Assembly: GCA_973895155.1 (NCBI GenBank)
Contig: OZ316891.1
Location: forward strand, 9,983,875 to 10,047,874
Source of the DNA: Marsupella aquatica
Taxonomy: Eukaryota; Plantae; Marchantiophyta
Reading direction: 5' to 3'
Length of the DNA: 64,000 nt
The notes beneath the pieces are model-generated. The model saw only the letters and a list, made by a program, of their open reading frames with translations, searched no databases and was not told the origin of the DNA. The position numbers and the translations under genes were made by a program. Shown here one piece after another: positions 50,020 to 62,949 of the stretch. Every line of letters starts with the position of its first letter. Positions within the stretch are counted from its first letter, which is position 1.

Positions 50020-50360
50020 TACTGTGTGACGCGGGCCAGGGTCTCCATTGGTCTCTCCTATGACACTAAATAGTCACACGCTAGTCGTTGTTGAATGCGG
50101 GTAAGTCATGTATGTGACTTACGATGTGACTCGCTGAAGTCATATTGCAGTCACGTCGAAACAAGGCTAGACTCCACAATAAAGTCACAGATCAGTCACA
50201 AATGGGTATCAAGCAAGTTGCAAAGCCCAATATCAATAGTGACTTCCATTTTTTGGTCTCAACTTTTGCAACTCCAAGGGTCACAGCGTGGGTCAAGTCA
50301 CGTTGAGTCACAATGAAGTCACATGAGCCAAAATGAGTCATATATTGCGGTCTCAGTTCA
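50020..50360. repeat. Right subterminal repeats of the CACTA element
   Basis: More than a dozen AGTCAC/GTGACT/GGTCAC motifs in both orientations. Confidence 0.75.
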
Positions 50361-51399
50361 CCTCGGATTCTTCTAGTGTTGGGAGAACAATTTTTTATTT
50401 ATCAAGTGACTAAAATATTATTAGCAATTAAACTCCTCTTATCACTATTATACAAAACTATGTTGCACATAATATTGAATATGTAGAATACTCTGAGTAT
50501 GTACAATACGGATCATGGAGGCCTGGAGGGAGTATCCTCCTTGATCCTCGTGCATTGATTATCGTGCATTAATTAAAGTCTTTCACTTTTTGGGGGTGTC
50601 TCGTGTGATTATTTGGCTTGTCTTGGACAATGGTGTAACTTTTTGTGTCACACTAAACTCAATCCACATTTTGATTTTATTACTTACCTTTGATCACATT
50701 TTTAAATTTTTATGCCCTTCAAATTTGAATGACGACCACTCTAAAAAGTGGCGCAACTGTGTATTATACTTTAGGATGACTAGTAAAGTACAAAGGTACT
50801 AAAGAGTTATGCACATACATTACAGATTTTCATTTGATTCTAGGTAATAAGAGTCAACTCAATTAAAACCATAAATTTTGTAAAGGAAACTACAGGGGAA
50901 CCTAGTACACCAGATGGGCACATTGTTTAAATTCATTTCTTTCACTCTCATGAGAAAAAAGAGAATTCACTAAGGAGTGATTGAAAAGAAAAGATTAAAC
51001 CTTTATGAGGGGAGCCAAATACATTCAAATAACTTCAAATTCACTAAAATTGAAAGGGGTACAAAAGTTAATTCAAAATCATATTAAATAATACAAATGA
51101 TTCACCTTGGTAAGGCACATTAAAATCAAGATACTTGACACAAAATATGAATAAGACAAAATCTGAAAGGTGGATCACCATTCACCATATATTAATTGAT
51201 TACCCTTTCAAGCCTAAACCGCTCTACTAATTAAAACTGGTATAATCCCATAATCCAACATATTATGCTCAAATTTATTTTTTTGCTCCCCAAAATTCTC
51301 TGTTTTGTCACCCAAAATTAATTAAATTCATGGGTCACCCCGTTGTTTCCTTGCATAATTAGGGGTATTTTAATTAATTATCTTTGTTGGAGTTAGCCC

Positions 51400-53780
51400 T
51401 CCACACATATACCCGAGCACAACATCGAGATCTCCCAACAAGACCTCCATCAGGCATTGCAAAACAAGGCCTCCAACCCAACATCAAGGTCCCAACACAA
51501 CATCAAGCCCAGAGCGCAACATTGAGCCCCTAGAAGAGAGCACAAGTAAACGGCTTGCCTCCTGTAACACACTGCCCTGACTAATGAGGGTAGGTGAGAC
51601 TTTGGCAGCGAGAGCAGCCAAAAGAGCAATGGCTCGCCCTAACTGCTAATTCAACAGCCAGATCAGCGGCTTGCTCTCACTCCCTCCTCCAACTCATCCA
51701 GTTGCCCATAAATTGGCCAATTAAGAGAGACTAAATCAATTTAGTGCTTGCCTACAAGACAAAATAGGTCACCAAGTTCTAGGATGAGACCCGATATGAG
51801 AAATCTATTTCTTGCAAGGGTTTTTGGTATTTACCTAAATTTACATTCAAAAGAACAGGTAGTCAGGCTAGTACACATAGTATATCTCGAGTGGTTCAGT
51901 GGCTGTTGCCTACTATAGCTCAATTTTTCCAACCCTTTATTTGGAAGCCTGGAACATGGCTTTGCCCAAATCCCTCTGAAAATCACCAGTGGTCCCACTA
52001 AGATCACCGCAAGAAATTGGTCAGATTTGGCAATGGAGATTCAGACAAAGGAGTTCTGGCGCATTTCCTTGTCTTTTTGTATCATGAATCGCCAAGATAC
52101 AAACATGTCCTGACCAATTGTCCATCGATCACAAATTTAATTTTTTTGGGGGTCAGATGTGTAGGGTGACCACCAAGCGAGCCAAATCTGCCACTTACCT
52201 ACACCAATTTGCATTTGACAGCCATACATTTTCCGGGGCTATCATGGGGACAGTCACCTGTAAACCTGGCAGCTATCACCTGGAAATGCAAGTTATGGCC
52301 CCAAAAGGCACACCACTAGAGATGCTCTGACCCGGTATGCTCATCTTCCCCCTCCAATGTGCCAGCTAAACCTAGTAAGCTTCTTTTCTAGCACTTGATC
52401 AAGAAGTGTAACACGGAGGCCAAATAAACCAATTATATGCTTTTGCACCACTGAATTATTGAACTTCATGGGTAATTGTATATTCTATGTGGACCATCAG
52501 ATCTTGTACAATCAAATGTGGACTGTCAGATCTTGGCAAAATTTTAAGAGTCTACCTTCTAAACTGGCAAAAAACCAAGCAAGAAATAATAATAATTCCC
52601 TTTGCATTCTTTGCAGGAAGTCTTGATGACTGCCAACTGGCAAAAATTTGCCTGACCGCTCAAAGTTCCTGCAACATATTACCTCTCTCTATGAATATGA
52701 ATATAAATGTTATATCCTCTCCAACATACCCAATCCCAGAGTAGGGACAGGGTTCAATAGGGATACCCAGCAAATCTGCCACCAACAATTAGTCCCCTCA
52801 ATTCACAAGTAAGGACTGCAAGAGGAACTGCATTGTCATCATCATGGTCACCAACTCTTCTTATCTCGAGCTTAAACTCCTCCAGGACTTTACACAACTC
52901 TTCAACAACTCTTCCTCAACCTCCAGCCCACCTCCAGCTCAGGCTTCCACTAATAAGGCTTTAGAGAGCACCATTACTATCAAGTGCAGGGGGGGCAATG
53001 GAAACTTGAAAACAAAAAGGTTACCAAACAGAAACCACCAAAAGAGGTGGTCTGGTGGGACAACTCAAGTGGCCAGGTGTTTGAGAGTTGGGATTGCCAG
53101 GTGTCAAGTCCAGGTCCCACTTCTGTCACATTTGTGGGGGAGATTTGGTGTGTGTAGGGCAAATGCCTTGCAAGTCACTTGGCGATGAAATAATTGCATT
53201 TAAAAAATGAGGTGGTCTAAGGGTCGGTTCATACCAGGCTTCTTTTCCCCCTTAAATTAGTTTTCCAGTCACACCAACCTCACCTAATTGACATAGTGGA
53301 TAAAATAGGTCCTGTCAAATAAGATTTGGATAGGGCCCAAAAATGCCATACAATGATTGGGTTTTCCAACCCAAAAGTGGACCCCTAAGTGCTCCTCTCT
53401 AGTGAAATGCATCTAGGAAAATCTGTGGCGAAGAAGCTTGGTGAAACTAACACTTAATGACTTTAGCCCCCTCCTCCTGTAAAACCCCCTAACTTGGAGT
53501 GTACCCACGACCACCCACCCTCATCTACCTCTACCCTTGAGGCACTTTACAAGTTTCTGCGTGTGATCACCACAGCCTGAGCGGGGAATTCACTTTTAAT
53601 TATAGTATAGGCATTGTTTTCCTTTTTGATCTTGAATTTGGGCATTATCCATTTAACTATGGCACTGTTTTCCCATTTAGTATCAATGAAGCGTTCTGCG
53701 AGATTCTTCGTGGTAAGGAACTGTGGATCAATCTTCTGCAACAATAATGCCACCAAACTGCATTGTAAGTTTTTTTGATT
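51400..53780 (-). mobile_element. Highly degenerate L1-type LINE (ORF1, APE endonuclease, start of RT remnants)
   Basis: Broken motifs on the minus strand: ORF1-like stretch at 53547-53756, zinc-knuckle remnant at ~53170-53210, ..ELRGL at ~52795, IC(L)QEL at ~52670 and ARL at ~52180. Many stops and frameshifts. Confidence 0.45.
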
Positions 53781-53809
53781 GTAAACGCTAATTGCTGGTC
53801 CTCAAGTAG

Positions 53810-54320
53810 TGCAAATCAAGAGGTAATCAAAGAACCCAATCATACTAATCAAGAAGTAATCAAAATTGCGAATCAACAGATATTAAACCAATAGACCCTA
53901 TTAATGAAATACTAAATAGGAATTGCCAATCAAGAGTTAACCAAATATGCTAATCAAGAGATGTTAAACCAATAGCTGATAGTCAAAAACTGCTGACAAA
54001 ACCTGCTAATCAAGAGGTAATCAAATATACTAGTCAACATATATTGAGCCAACAGCTGTTAGTCAAGAAATGGTTAATAAGAGTTGCTAATCAAGAGTTA
54101 ATGAAAGATATTAATCATCAGACGTAAAACAATATATAGTTGTTAGTCAAGAAATGCTAAATAAGAGTTGCTAATCAAGAGGTACATGTAGATGCTAATC
54201 AACCGTTACCAATAGCTCCTAAACAGGAACTGCTTTATATAAAATCTGGTAATCAAAGATGGACATCAACAGATATTAAACCAACAATTTCTAGTCAAGA
54301 GCTGCAAATCAAAGATACCA
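53810..54320. repeat. Degenerate tandem array rich in CTAATCAAGAG / TTAAACCAATAG motifs
   Basis: More than 15 AATCAA/AGTCAA cores with a larger ~75-80-bp period. Confidence 0.7.
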
Positions 54321-57048
54321 AGAAAGAATCAGATTCTCTGGCCTTATAGAATCATGCTCCCGTGAACTTTCATGGAAGAGCATTCCTAGGAATTAATTAC
54401 AAAAACTAGAATTATCTGCTTTCAAATGTAAAAGTTATTTGGAACTTAGCTGAACACATGATGAACTTTTAGAAGGTGGTGGGATCAGCTCAAGTCAAGA
54501 TTACTTTTTGCCTAGACCTAGAAGAGTACCAAATTGGTTTTAGGACTCTATCTAGCAACAAATTTAGCTTTGAAACAGTTGGAGAAAAGATGACAGAACT
54601 GGCTTCAGGGCTAGTTGTCTTGCCTGAATGTATACCACAGTTGGGTTAGCTGAGACCCACCTTGTGTTCTAGACTTCCAAATAATCGCACAGCTACAGTG
54701 GGGATGGTTGACCACCTTTTGCGCACTGTGGCCTTTACCATATGACTGATTGTGATGAGAAGCTAGACTTAGGGTCTAGGCAAAGCCTCTAGAAGGCAAC
54801 TCTAGGGCCCTACCAAAATTTCTATGGATGGAAAGAAGGATTTAACATTATGAATGTCAAAATGATGATCATGAACAAACAGGCATCAGGCTTGTCTTGA
54901 AAAGGGGGAAAAAGAAAAATTGCTGGTGGACCAAGCGGTCTTTTGTTACTCAAGACTAGCCTGATGCCGGGCCTTGGACCAAGCTGTCTTTTGTTACTCA
55001 AGACTAGCCTGATGCAGGGCTTTGGTACAGCAATAATTGCAGACGGCAAAAAAAGGTTACTTTCATTTCCCACACCCACTTGCTTGGCTAGAGTCTAGAG
55101 GCTTCACTCTATACCATAGCACTTACTCTAGCTTCTCTTCACGCTCGTACAATAAGATGAGTAACCAAATAACTTTATTGACCAAAATTCAATTGATTAA
55201 AATGCTGATTCTTGACTTCTACCAGTTTCCTTTTCGTAGTTGATTCGGCAGATTTCTGTTTATTTATCCTCGTTGAATGGTAGGGCTGGATCCAAAACTT
55301 ACAAGCTTCTCCGTGTTGATGTTCTACTTACTCACTATTAAAGGACGTGTTTAGTTTGATGTAAATATTTTGCACGAAACGCATGATCACTGAACCCAAT
55401 AATCATTCTGTAACTCAGTTGAAAGACAGGAATATAATCAATATCAAATGATGAGGTCTTGAATTTTACGGTTAGACATAATGTGACAAACTGAACGAGC
55501 AAGTAACTGGAAGAAAACACAAGCTGTACTAAATAAAGAGAGTAATACTGTTGCAAGTACTGGCATGGGCTCACAATGAGAGAAGAGAAGAGAAGAGACG
55601 AGAAGAGATTGTCTATTATAGCCAGCACTGAGTATTTTCACTGCCTCGCCAACCGAAAAGTTTGCTTGTGGCACTGGTATACAAAGCGCCATCTTCATGT
55701 CCATGCTTGGAATCATGTTGGGAATTTCGAGATTGTTTAGGAATAAAGTTACCCTGAGAGCAACTCTACACACTTGCGTCTCCAGTTGTCAAAAAACATG
55801 TGCTCAAATCTTCCATATCATATTTGTGTATGTAGCCCACTAAGAAATTAATTGCACACATATTTTTCCCCTCCTGTATACAAATCTAGCATGCCATACA
55901 TGTTCACCAAGAGTGCGACTCTAGAGGCATGTGACTCCAGCTGTATAGAAATCTATTTTGTCATATAGATGATCAGTTGACGAGCAGCAATTTTCCATCG
56001 TATAAAGAGAGATAATGAAAATTAACACCTTATAAGTCCACTGGCCTGATCTGTCTCCTTTAACATATCAATTGCACATGTTTCTTGCAATAGAATGGAT
56101 GGAAGTTACTAAGATGATCTATAGTTCCGTGATTGGCAACTTTCAGGTCGTCCGTTCTCCAATAAATGGAGATAGGCTCTGAGATGCCCAAGCCACACTA
56201 GTGCCAATAAGGCTTCTTAAATTCACCAAATACTGGCTTGATCTCAAAGATCAGAAACTACGCAATGAGGTAAACCCATTGAGCTAGACAAGCTGAACCG
56301 TATAGTCGATAGAGGGCCATAAACTGAGTGTGCAAGGTCTGTGAAATATGGGAAGTGCCCAATCAACGGCTGGCAAAAGAAAACCGAGCAATGGCGAGGG
56401 CTTTCCCAATTCCGGTGCACTAGAGGGATTTGCTACTACCAAAAAGTTGAAATTGAAAGAAGATCTGTTGCTGTTATCCACAGACTCATGCAAACTAGGC
56501 AGCTAAGTCAAGCCAATACGATCAACCCATAAAGAGTTCTCAAGGTCAACGCAACGACACCAGTACGGAAAAAGTCCCCATAGAATACAAACAAACCAAA
56601 CAAGGCAGCTCTCCTTTCAAGTCGTCCTACAGAACACATGGCATACTAGCACCTTGTTGCATGTAAGGTTGATGTAAATCTTTTGTGACTTGAACTATGT
56701 CAAAATTGGATGCTTGATGCTTGGATTCCAAATTAGGCATCAACGTACATCTATGCAGAGGAGAGATCAGTTACAAGTTCAAAAACAATGTGAGGTTGGA
56801 GATTGATGCTATTATGCAACGGATACTGGAAGCCTATTTGCAATAACAGCAATGCAATTTCTGCTTTGGAAAAAGCCTTGTGTATAGCCCATTCAAGACA
56901 AGGATCGTTTGTACAGGAGATTGTGCAAGTCTAGCAATAAATTGCGTCAAGTAGCGCTCTACAGCAGGAAGCGAGGTCACGAAGAAGAAGATTAATAAAT
57001 TTATGAATGATACCCATAAACTGAGCACGAAGGAATCACCTAAAAAAC

Positions 57049-60000
57049 TTAGAAGGTTTGTGAAGTGTGGAGATTTACAGGCACTTTGAGCGCTGGACTG
57101 TCGGGGTTTAGCAAGTCTGCAAGGCCCCCGGAACTTCCAACCAGAAAAGTCGATTTATCCTGTTTTGATGAGCTCGCAGACAGTACTGTCATCACGTTGT
57201 CGTTTAGAATTTCTAGAACTTCTGGAGCACGATCTCTACAGCCTCGTGACATGCCTACGTCCACCCTCACTGCTTTGTTGTCACACACGCCATTTATTCC
57301 ACGCAACCCCTGTATTGTGTGACCCATCACCATGCGTTTCGCTCCCGGGACTTTACGCAAGGTGGCTTCCAAATCTTTGCAATTGCAACTACTCGCTTTC
57401 TCAACTGAGAAAGCCCGCACCCACACCAAGGAGTGTGATCCACGAAGGCATTTTGGTGCACGCGATTTACCCCTGCCTTCCATCCACTTTTTTGATCGAC
57501 GATTGATCTTATCAAGACCATAATCGATGTGATTTGGCAAAATCCCTCCATGAACGAACAAATTTCCACCAACAATAAGCACCATAGGATGTGGGGCCAG
57601 AAACCTAGAAGTAATAGGACCCCCCGGTCTGAGTGCTGCAATCCTTCCGTTCCAAACCTTCATGAGTTTGTCGTCAGGCAAGTTTTGGAAGAAGTCATTA
57701 GGCTTTTCTAGTCCCGTACATCGCTCCTTCAGAGCCTTGCCCATTTGGTACCTGCAGTGGATTGTAAGAGACGACATTGATTGCCAACAATAGACAGGTC
57801 TCTCTAGAATGTGTACTATTTGTGTACAAGCACTCAAGTAATGTTTTCAGTAACTAAATTATTTGCTAATTGCACCTGGAATTGTCTTAGCCAGTACATG
57901 TCATACCAGCCATACTCAACCCCCACCCCCACCCCCACAAGAAAAAAGTGAAACAAAACCCGGGTAAGTAAAGCACTTGCATACCAGGTAGCCCAGCGTT
58001 GAAATTCATCTACTCCTTCAGGTGTTACATACTGGAAGTTACCCTCGGCGTTCATGATTTCATGGTTCCCATTCATGATATGCACATCACCACCAGCTCT
58101 GCGAGCCTCTCTTTTCAGTTTTTCCAGCAGATAGATGATTTTAATCTCCTCGCCGCCCCTGTCGAGTAAGTCTCCAACCTGTAATAATCCAATAGAATCA
58201 CTCGTGCTGGTCAGGCCCAGTTATAACTCTTCTTTGCAATCCAACTTTCTCAACATTTTCCCTCCTAGTACACAGGCATACAAACCAATCTCGAAGTTAA
58301 GAAGCTCCAATCCATCACCTTTTCGATCCGATTGGCCCTCCTTTCTGAAGTGCAAAATCCTGCTTTCTATCTAGGGGCTAACGCACACGTCTGTAAACCA
58401 CGGATATTGAGAATCTGCTCAAGCCATAACAAAAATCGTTCCATTCACTTCGGAAGGGAGTGTGAGCGGGTAGTGGGCGTTTGGAGGGTGGACATATTGG
58501 GACATCATAACATGGAAATGGATAGTCCAATTTGCAGACTTGATGCTGAGCACAAGATTCTCAAAACCTTTTCACTATAGCAAAGTTTCTGAGAGGCTGA
58601 TACTTCAATAAAAAAGTTCAGTGGAGCTACTGCACATTAAACGATCTACCTCAAAATTGCCAAGTAAAAGCAAACATATGAATCTTAACAGTAGACTGCC
58701 CTGCAAAATGCCATTAAAACATTTCCAACTGCAAACAGATACAGTAGCAACCAGAGCTATATAGAAGCCACTCCCTAGAAGTCGAAATTCATGTAGAGCT
58801 CGAAGATCAATCTTGAGAGATAGATTCACGGAAGCCCCAAGAGAATTTTAATTCATGGGCAAGAACAAGGAGCATAGGACAACAAGGGCTTTTATAACAA
58901 TCTCATTGGTTGTTGAATTGATCATGGTCGTGACTAAGATGCCAAATGACCCATGTCTTCTGAATGAGTATAATATGAGTCACTCTCAAGTACTCAAGTA
59001 GAGAGCCTCTTATGGTTGACTCGGGGTTTGAGTGAAAACCCAATTGATGATGTTTCCGGACTAACCAGACTATGCTGTGCAGGTTTGGCACTTCAATCGA
59101 CACTTAAATAATGGGGATTTCAATTTAGAGGGGAAAAACAGGTTCCTGCTATCTGTACATCTGGCCACCCTTAAACTGAGTTGTGAGTTTCAAATGATGG
59201 ATGGAGCAGGTAATTCGAACCTGACTGGATAACAACTTGTAAGTTGCATGCAAGATGCGAGTGTTACATATTACTAAATTACTAAGTGGAGTTTTCAACT
59301 ACTTTTGATAAGACAACACGTAATAATTGTGACGAGGACTCTTCAGCTATCGTTTGGTGGTTGCCCAGAACCATCTTACTCGACCGATCTTTCCCTCCGT
59401 GCCTTATTTCTATTACTCTAGCAACATACTCTAGAATGCGTGACTCAGTTAATTAAATTTGATCCGGGTCTCAACAGCTCTTGAACAAAATTTTATTGGC
59501 TGGATCATTTCCGGGAGTGTATAAGACTAGCTACTAATACTCTAACTTGGCCCAAATCCCCCCGTCCTGCCAAATATGTTTGATGGTCCTGGCCCAACGA
59601 TCGAACATCGATTCCTTTCCCTACAGTGGAAATCCCAACTTGGAATATTGCTAGCATTGAATCTACCACACAAAGCAAAACAGGGCAGCAAGTTCAACAA
59701 CCAGTGACTGCAAGCAATTGGTACAGCCGTTAGTAGGATGCGGGAAAGATTCACCGAAAAGCTGACACAGTCCAAATCAAATTAAATTTGCTGTTACTGA
59801 TACTTTGCAGCAGTCGCCACTTCTCTTTGACGTGTGCCAAGGAATACGACAAATGAGAACACTAAATCGAGTTGCAATCTCAGTTTTGTGCAACGGATCT
59901 TCGGGAAGCTGGACATTTAACTAGCGGACCAAGTCTCATATTACACACAGGAAACATATGAATAATGCACACCCAGAGAATTGGATTTCAGATGCACCAA

Positions 60001-60385
60001 ACACAAGATGCAAATGGCATTTTTTACCACGTGCTGTTGCTACTGACACAAATAGATGCTGGTTTCGGATATACCATACCTGAACAACTACGGTCTCTCC
60101 TCCGATCCATCGCTCCCTATGATCCATCACCGCCGCAATTAGAAGAGCTTCCTTTGCTTTATTGAGGTCTCCATGTATGTCTCCAATTGCGATCAGGCGA
60201 TTTGGAGCTGGGTAACTGGTTCGTACAGCTTGCTTATCTCGTGATTTTGAACCACGCTTGGCATTATTTGATTCAGTCGGCTTGGGGCCAAGGAACTGCC
60301 CTCCAACAGTATAGTCAACAAATGTGTCAACAAATGCTGAGAACACAGAAGGAACCTCAGGACAATCTTCATTTGGGCTGCTCAT
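57049..60385 (-). CDS. SLP2: Shewanella-like protein phosphatase 2 (PPP family), 3 coding exons, 400 aa
   Basis: Exons 60385-60080, 58178-57985 and 57751-57049 (1203 nt). SAFVDTFVD N-terminal motif, IAIGDIHGD, VQVGDLLDRG, MNGNHEIMN, RIAALRPGGP, FVHGG, MVMGHTIQ and RVDVGMS. Confidence 0.93.
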
Positions 60386-62424
60386 TTTGCTTGTATTCCA
60401 CAAAATGAAAAACCTACAGTAGCTGGACGGGGTCAACTCCCTCTCATTGCCCGCAATCCCAAGCCTTTATGGCAAGCTCCGTCGCTTATCTTCAAGCTGA
60501 AAAGTAAAACCTTGCAGATCAGAATGACGCCATTCTCCCAGTTGCTCAAGGTATGATAAGAGGCAACCATTTCAATTGTCAAAACCGTACGTGAGTTCGA
60601 GTAAATTTCTTTAATTATAAGATACAGAAGCACGGAAAAGGACAGAATAGATGCAGCTTCTAAGGACGCAAATATCCCAATTGTTGAAGGCATGAGGAGA
60701 GGCGAAATCATTTCAAATTTCATATTCTTACCTGATTTTGAGTAGTCCTTTGATTATCGGAGGACATTGTGCAAACCTCAACCTAGCGAGCTCTGCATCA
60801 ACCCGAAACCTTCCAATTCAGCCAGTCAGACCAATCTCCTTCAAGGCTGATTGATCATTCTATGCCTTGCTACTCACGTGGACGCTCAAGGCATAACATT
60901 CTGACGATGTGAATCTTCCAATTGATCAGTACTTCCGACGGGTTCAGCGTTGCCATCAAAAAAGAGAACAGACGATTTAGGGGTTCAGTCAGTCCGCCCA
61001 ACAAGACGACGTCAACGGTTCGTGAATTATCTTCTCGGAAGAGGAGAGCCGGTCAATCGGATCCCCGCGCCGCAACTGTTGACTGCAGCACCGGATCTAT
61101 TCTCGGATGTGACCCGTTCGGTTCTGCACTGGACGAAGGAAGAGCCAGCCAGCGTGACCGGCTCACTGCCATAGCAAGTAGCTTTCCTTTTGACTTGAGA
61201 AATGCACCTGGAGGGGCCTGCGGGCAGATACTTATAGCTCGCAGTAGTGTCAACAAACGCAATAGACCACATCGCAAGCATAGAATCAGCTTTTCTTGTG
61301 CCAGGTTCTAAGGTTTTCGATGTCGTGAATATTATTGGTTTCTCACTTGTGACGTTATATTTCATGTCGTTGCTTCTATCCTGAACTACAGAACGAGTTA
61401 ATACGGGGGAAAGTTTTGGATGGGAAGGAAACGATGTTGCAATCGATATAACTAAACCTCCTAATAGCTCGAGAACTACTGTCCTGTGAAGAGAGTTGAA
61501 GGGAGTAGTAAATTTGAGGGTTTAGTGCCTCCCAATTTACAGAAAGCATCAAGCTCCTGTTGTGAAATCAATCAAATCCTGTTGAAGCCTTCGCACAACC
61601 CCTCGTAAGATGGGACCTGGGACGAGATACAGGCTGGCAACTCATTGTGAGGAAATGGGAAAGGCGTTGGATGGGGAAGGGGGTCGGCAATTACCGCAAA
61701 TGTGATAGGTCGTAGAGTATTAAAAAGTCTTTGAAGGCAAAAATAAATTGAAGTCGTAATAAACTCACTCACTTAGCTCAAGTGCTTGAGGCAACGCGCG
61801 AGCTCTCCCCCTTCCCCGATATCACAGCAAATTGGAGTAGGATTTTCCGTGGATGCAGTCCTAAACGATTGGCTAGACTGGTCCTACCAACAACAATAGT
61901 ACAAATCCAGAAACGTATAAATGCAGAAGCGATCTGCCATCCATTACCGTAACTCTGGGCCCATTGACTGAAGAGGCAGACATTAACCCGAGCCACCAAC
62001 CAACATGACCGATAATGCACAGATCATTGACGGTCCTCGGCTCAGCTTTCATGAAATAGAGTTTTGTTTTCAATAATTGTAAGAATCAGTTCTTCTGCCA
62101 CTGTTACAGCGCATTATTATCCCGGCCTGCAAGAATTGGAGTGCAATCAATGCTCCTTACATATCTTCGACCCAACAGAATTTACTCCCCGCAACCTTGT
62201 TCATTGCATTTGCCAACCAATGCGTGTATCTGCTTTCCATTGGCAGGAGAGAATTATAAGCCCATTTCACTTTCAACGACGAAAACTCCAGAAATACACA
62301 AACAGCCCTCGTTCCCAACAAAATACAAGGCAAACTTGTTTCCCAACGCGATTACTCCAGCAGGAATGCTAACTACAAAACGTTACTCGTCTACTTTTGA
62401 CACTCACGCATCTAGCTTCATCTC

Positions 62425-62800
62425 TAATAGCCTGATGAGATCTGTGAGGTCCTGCAATACCTCAGGAGGGGAATAATAGCCTGATGAGATCTGTGAGGTC
62501 CTGCAATACATCAGGAGGGGAATGTTTATCTGACTGATGCTACTTTATATCGACTCTCCTTAGATTGCTTGTTTCCAAATTGCCGTCCACGTATCGACCT
62601 TCCTTTAAGTTATACAGAAGACTAGTTCCAATGCCCAATTTGCTTCCATAATGATAGTCTCAGACTTTGAGCCAAGCGTTCGACGACCAGGCTCACACAA
62701 GAGAAGAAGACTAGTTCCAATAGCCACTTTGCTTCCATAATGACAATCTCAGAATTGAGCCAAGCGTTCGACGACCAGGCTCACATAAGAGAAGAAGTAA
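62425..62800. repeat. Two local tandem duplications (~49 bp and ~90 bp)
   Basis: TAATAGCCTGATGAGATCTGTGAGGTCCTGCAATAC..CAGGAGGGGAA x2, and AGAAGACTAGTTCCAAT..CCAAGCGTTCGACGACCAGGCTCACA x2. Confidence 0.85.
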
Positions 62801-62949
62801 TGATAGAGTGAGCCAGAAACTCCTCCCAACCAACACTCCATATGATCCCCAACAAGCGTATGATTTATAGGGCCCCTTTTCCATTAGTAATGATATAACG
62901 ATGGAGGCAAATCGTGACCCCACAAGTTTGGGAACCCAGTTAAATTTAA

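Larger units (their letters stand above)
31590..50378 (+). mobile_element. CACTA/EnSpm DNA transposon, 18.8 kb, with cargo genes
   Basis: TIRs CACTAGAAGAAATCGAG (31590-31606) and revcomp CACTAGAAGAATCCGAG (50362-50378). 3-bp TSD TTG at 31587-31589 and 50379-50381. GTCAC/GTGAC/AGTCA subterminal repeats at both ends, and internal TnpD- and TnpA-like genes. Confidence 0.96.
24122..50776 (-). mobile_element. Non-autonomous Helitron (probably two head-to-tail units, ~1.8 kb net) split by Copia and CACTA insertions
   Basis: Minus-strand 3' end ..TTTTATGCAACGCACGGGTATTGAGCTAG|T at 24122 (hairpin + CTAG|T). Minus-strand 5' end A|TCCTAAAGTATAATA at 50776. An internal copy of the 5'-proximal block lies at 30921-30975, and copies of the hairpin lie at ~30686 and ~31038. 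Confidence 0.6.

Noticed and set aside
55444-55773. Possible extra exon/gene downstream of SLP2
   Set aside because: An acceptor-like site exists near 55756, but the translations match nothing recognisable and no gene model can be built.
60922-61365. GC-richer ORFs upstream of SLP2
   Set aside because: Overlapping on both strands with no motifs; more likely the SLP2 5'UTR/first-exon region.
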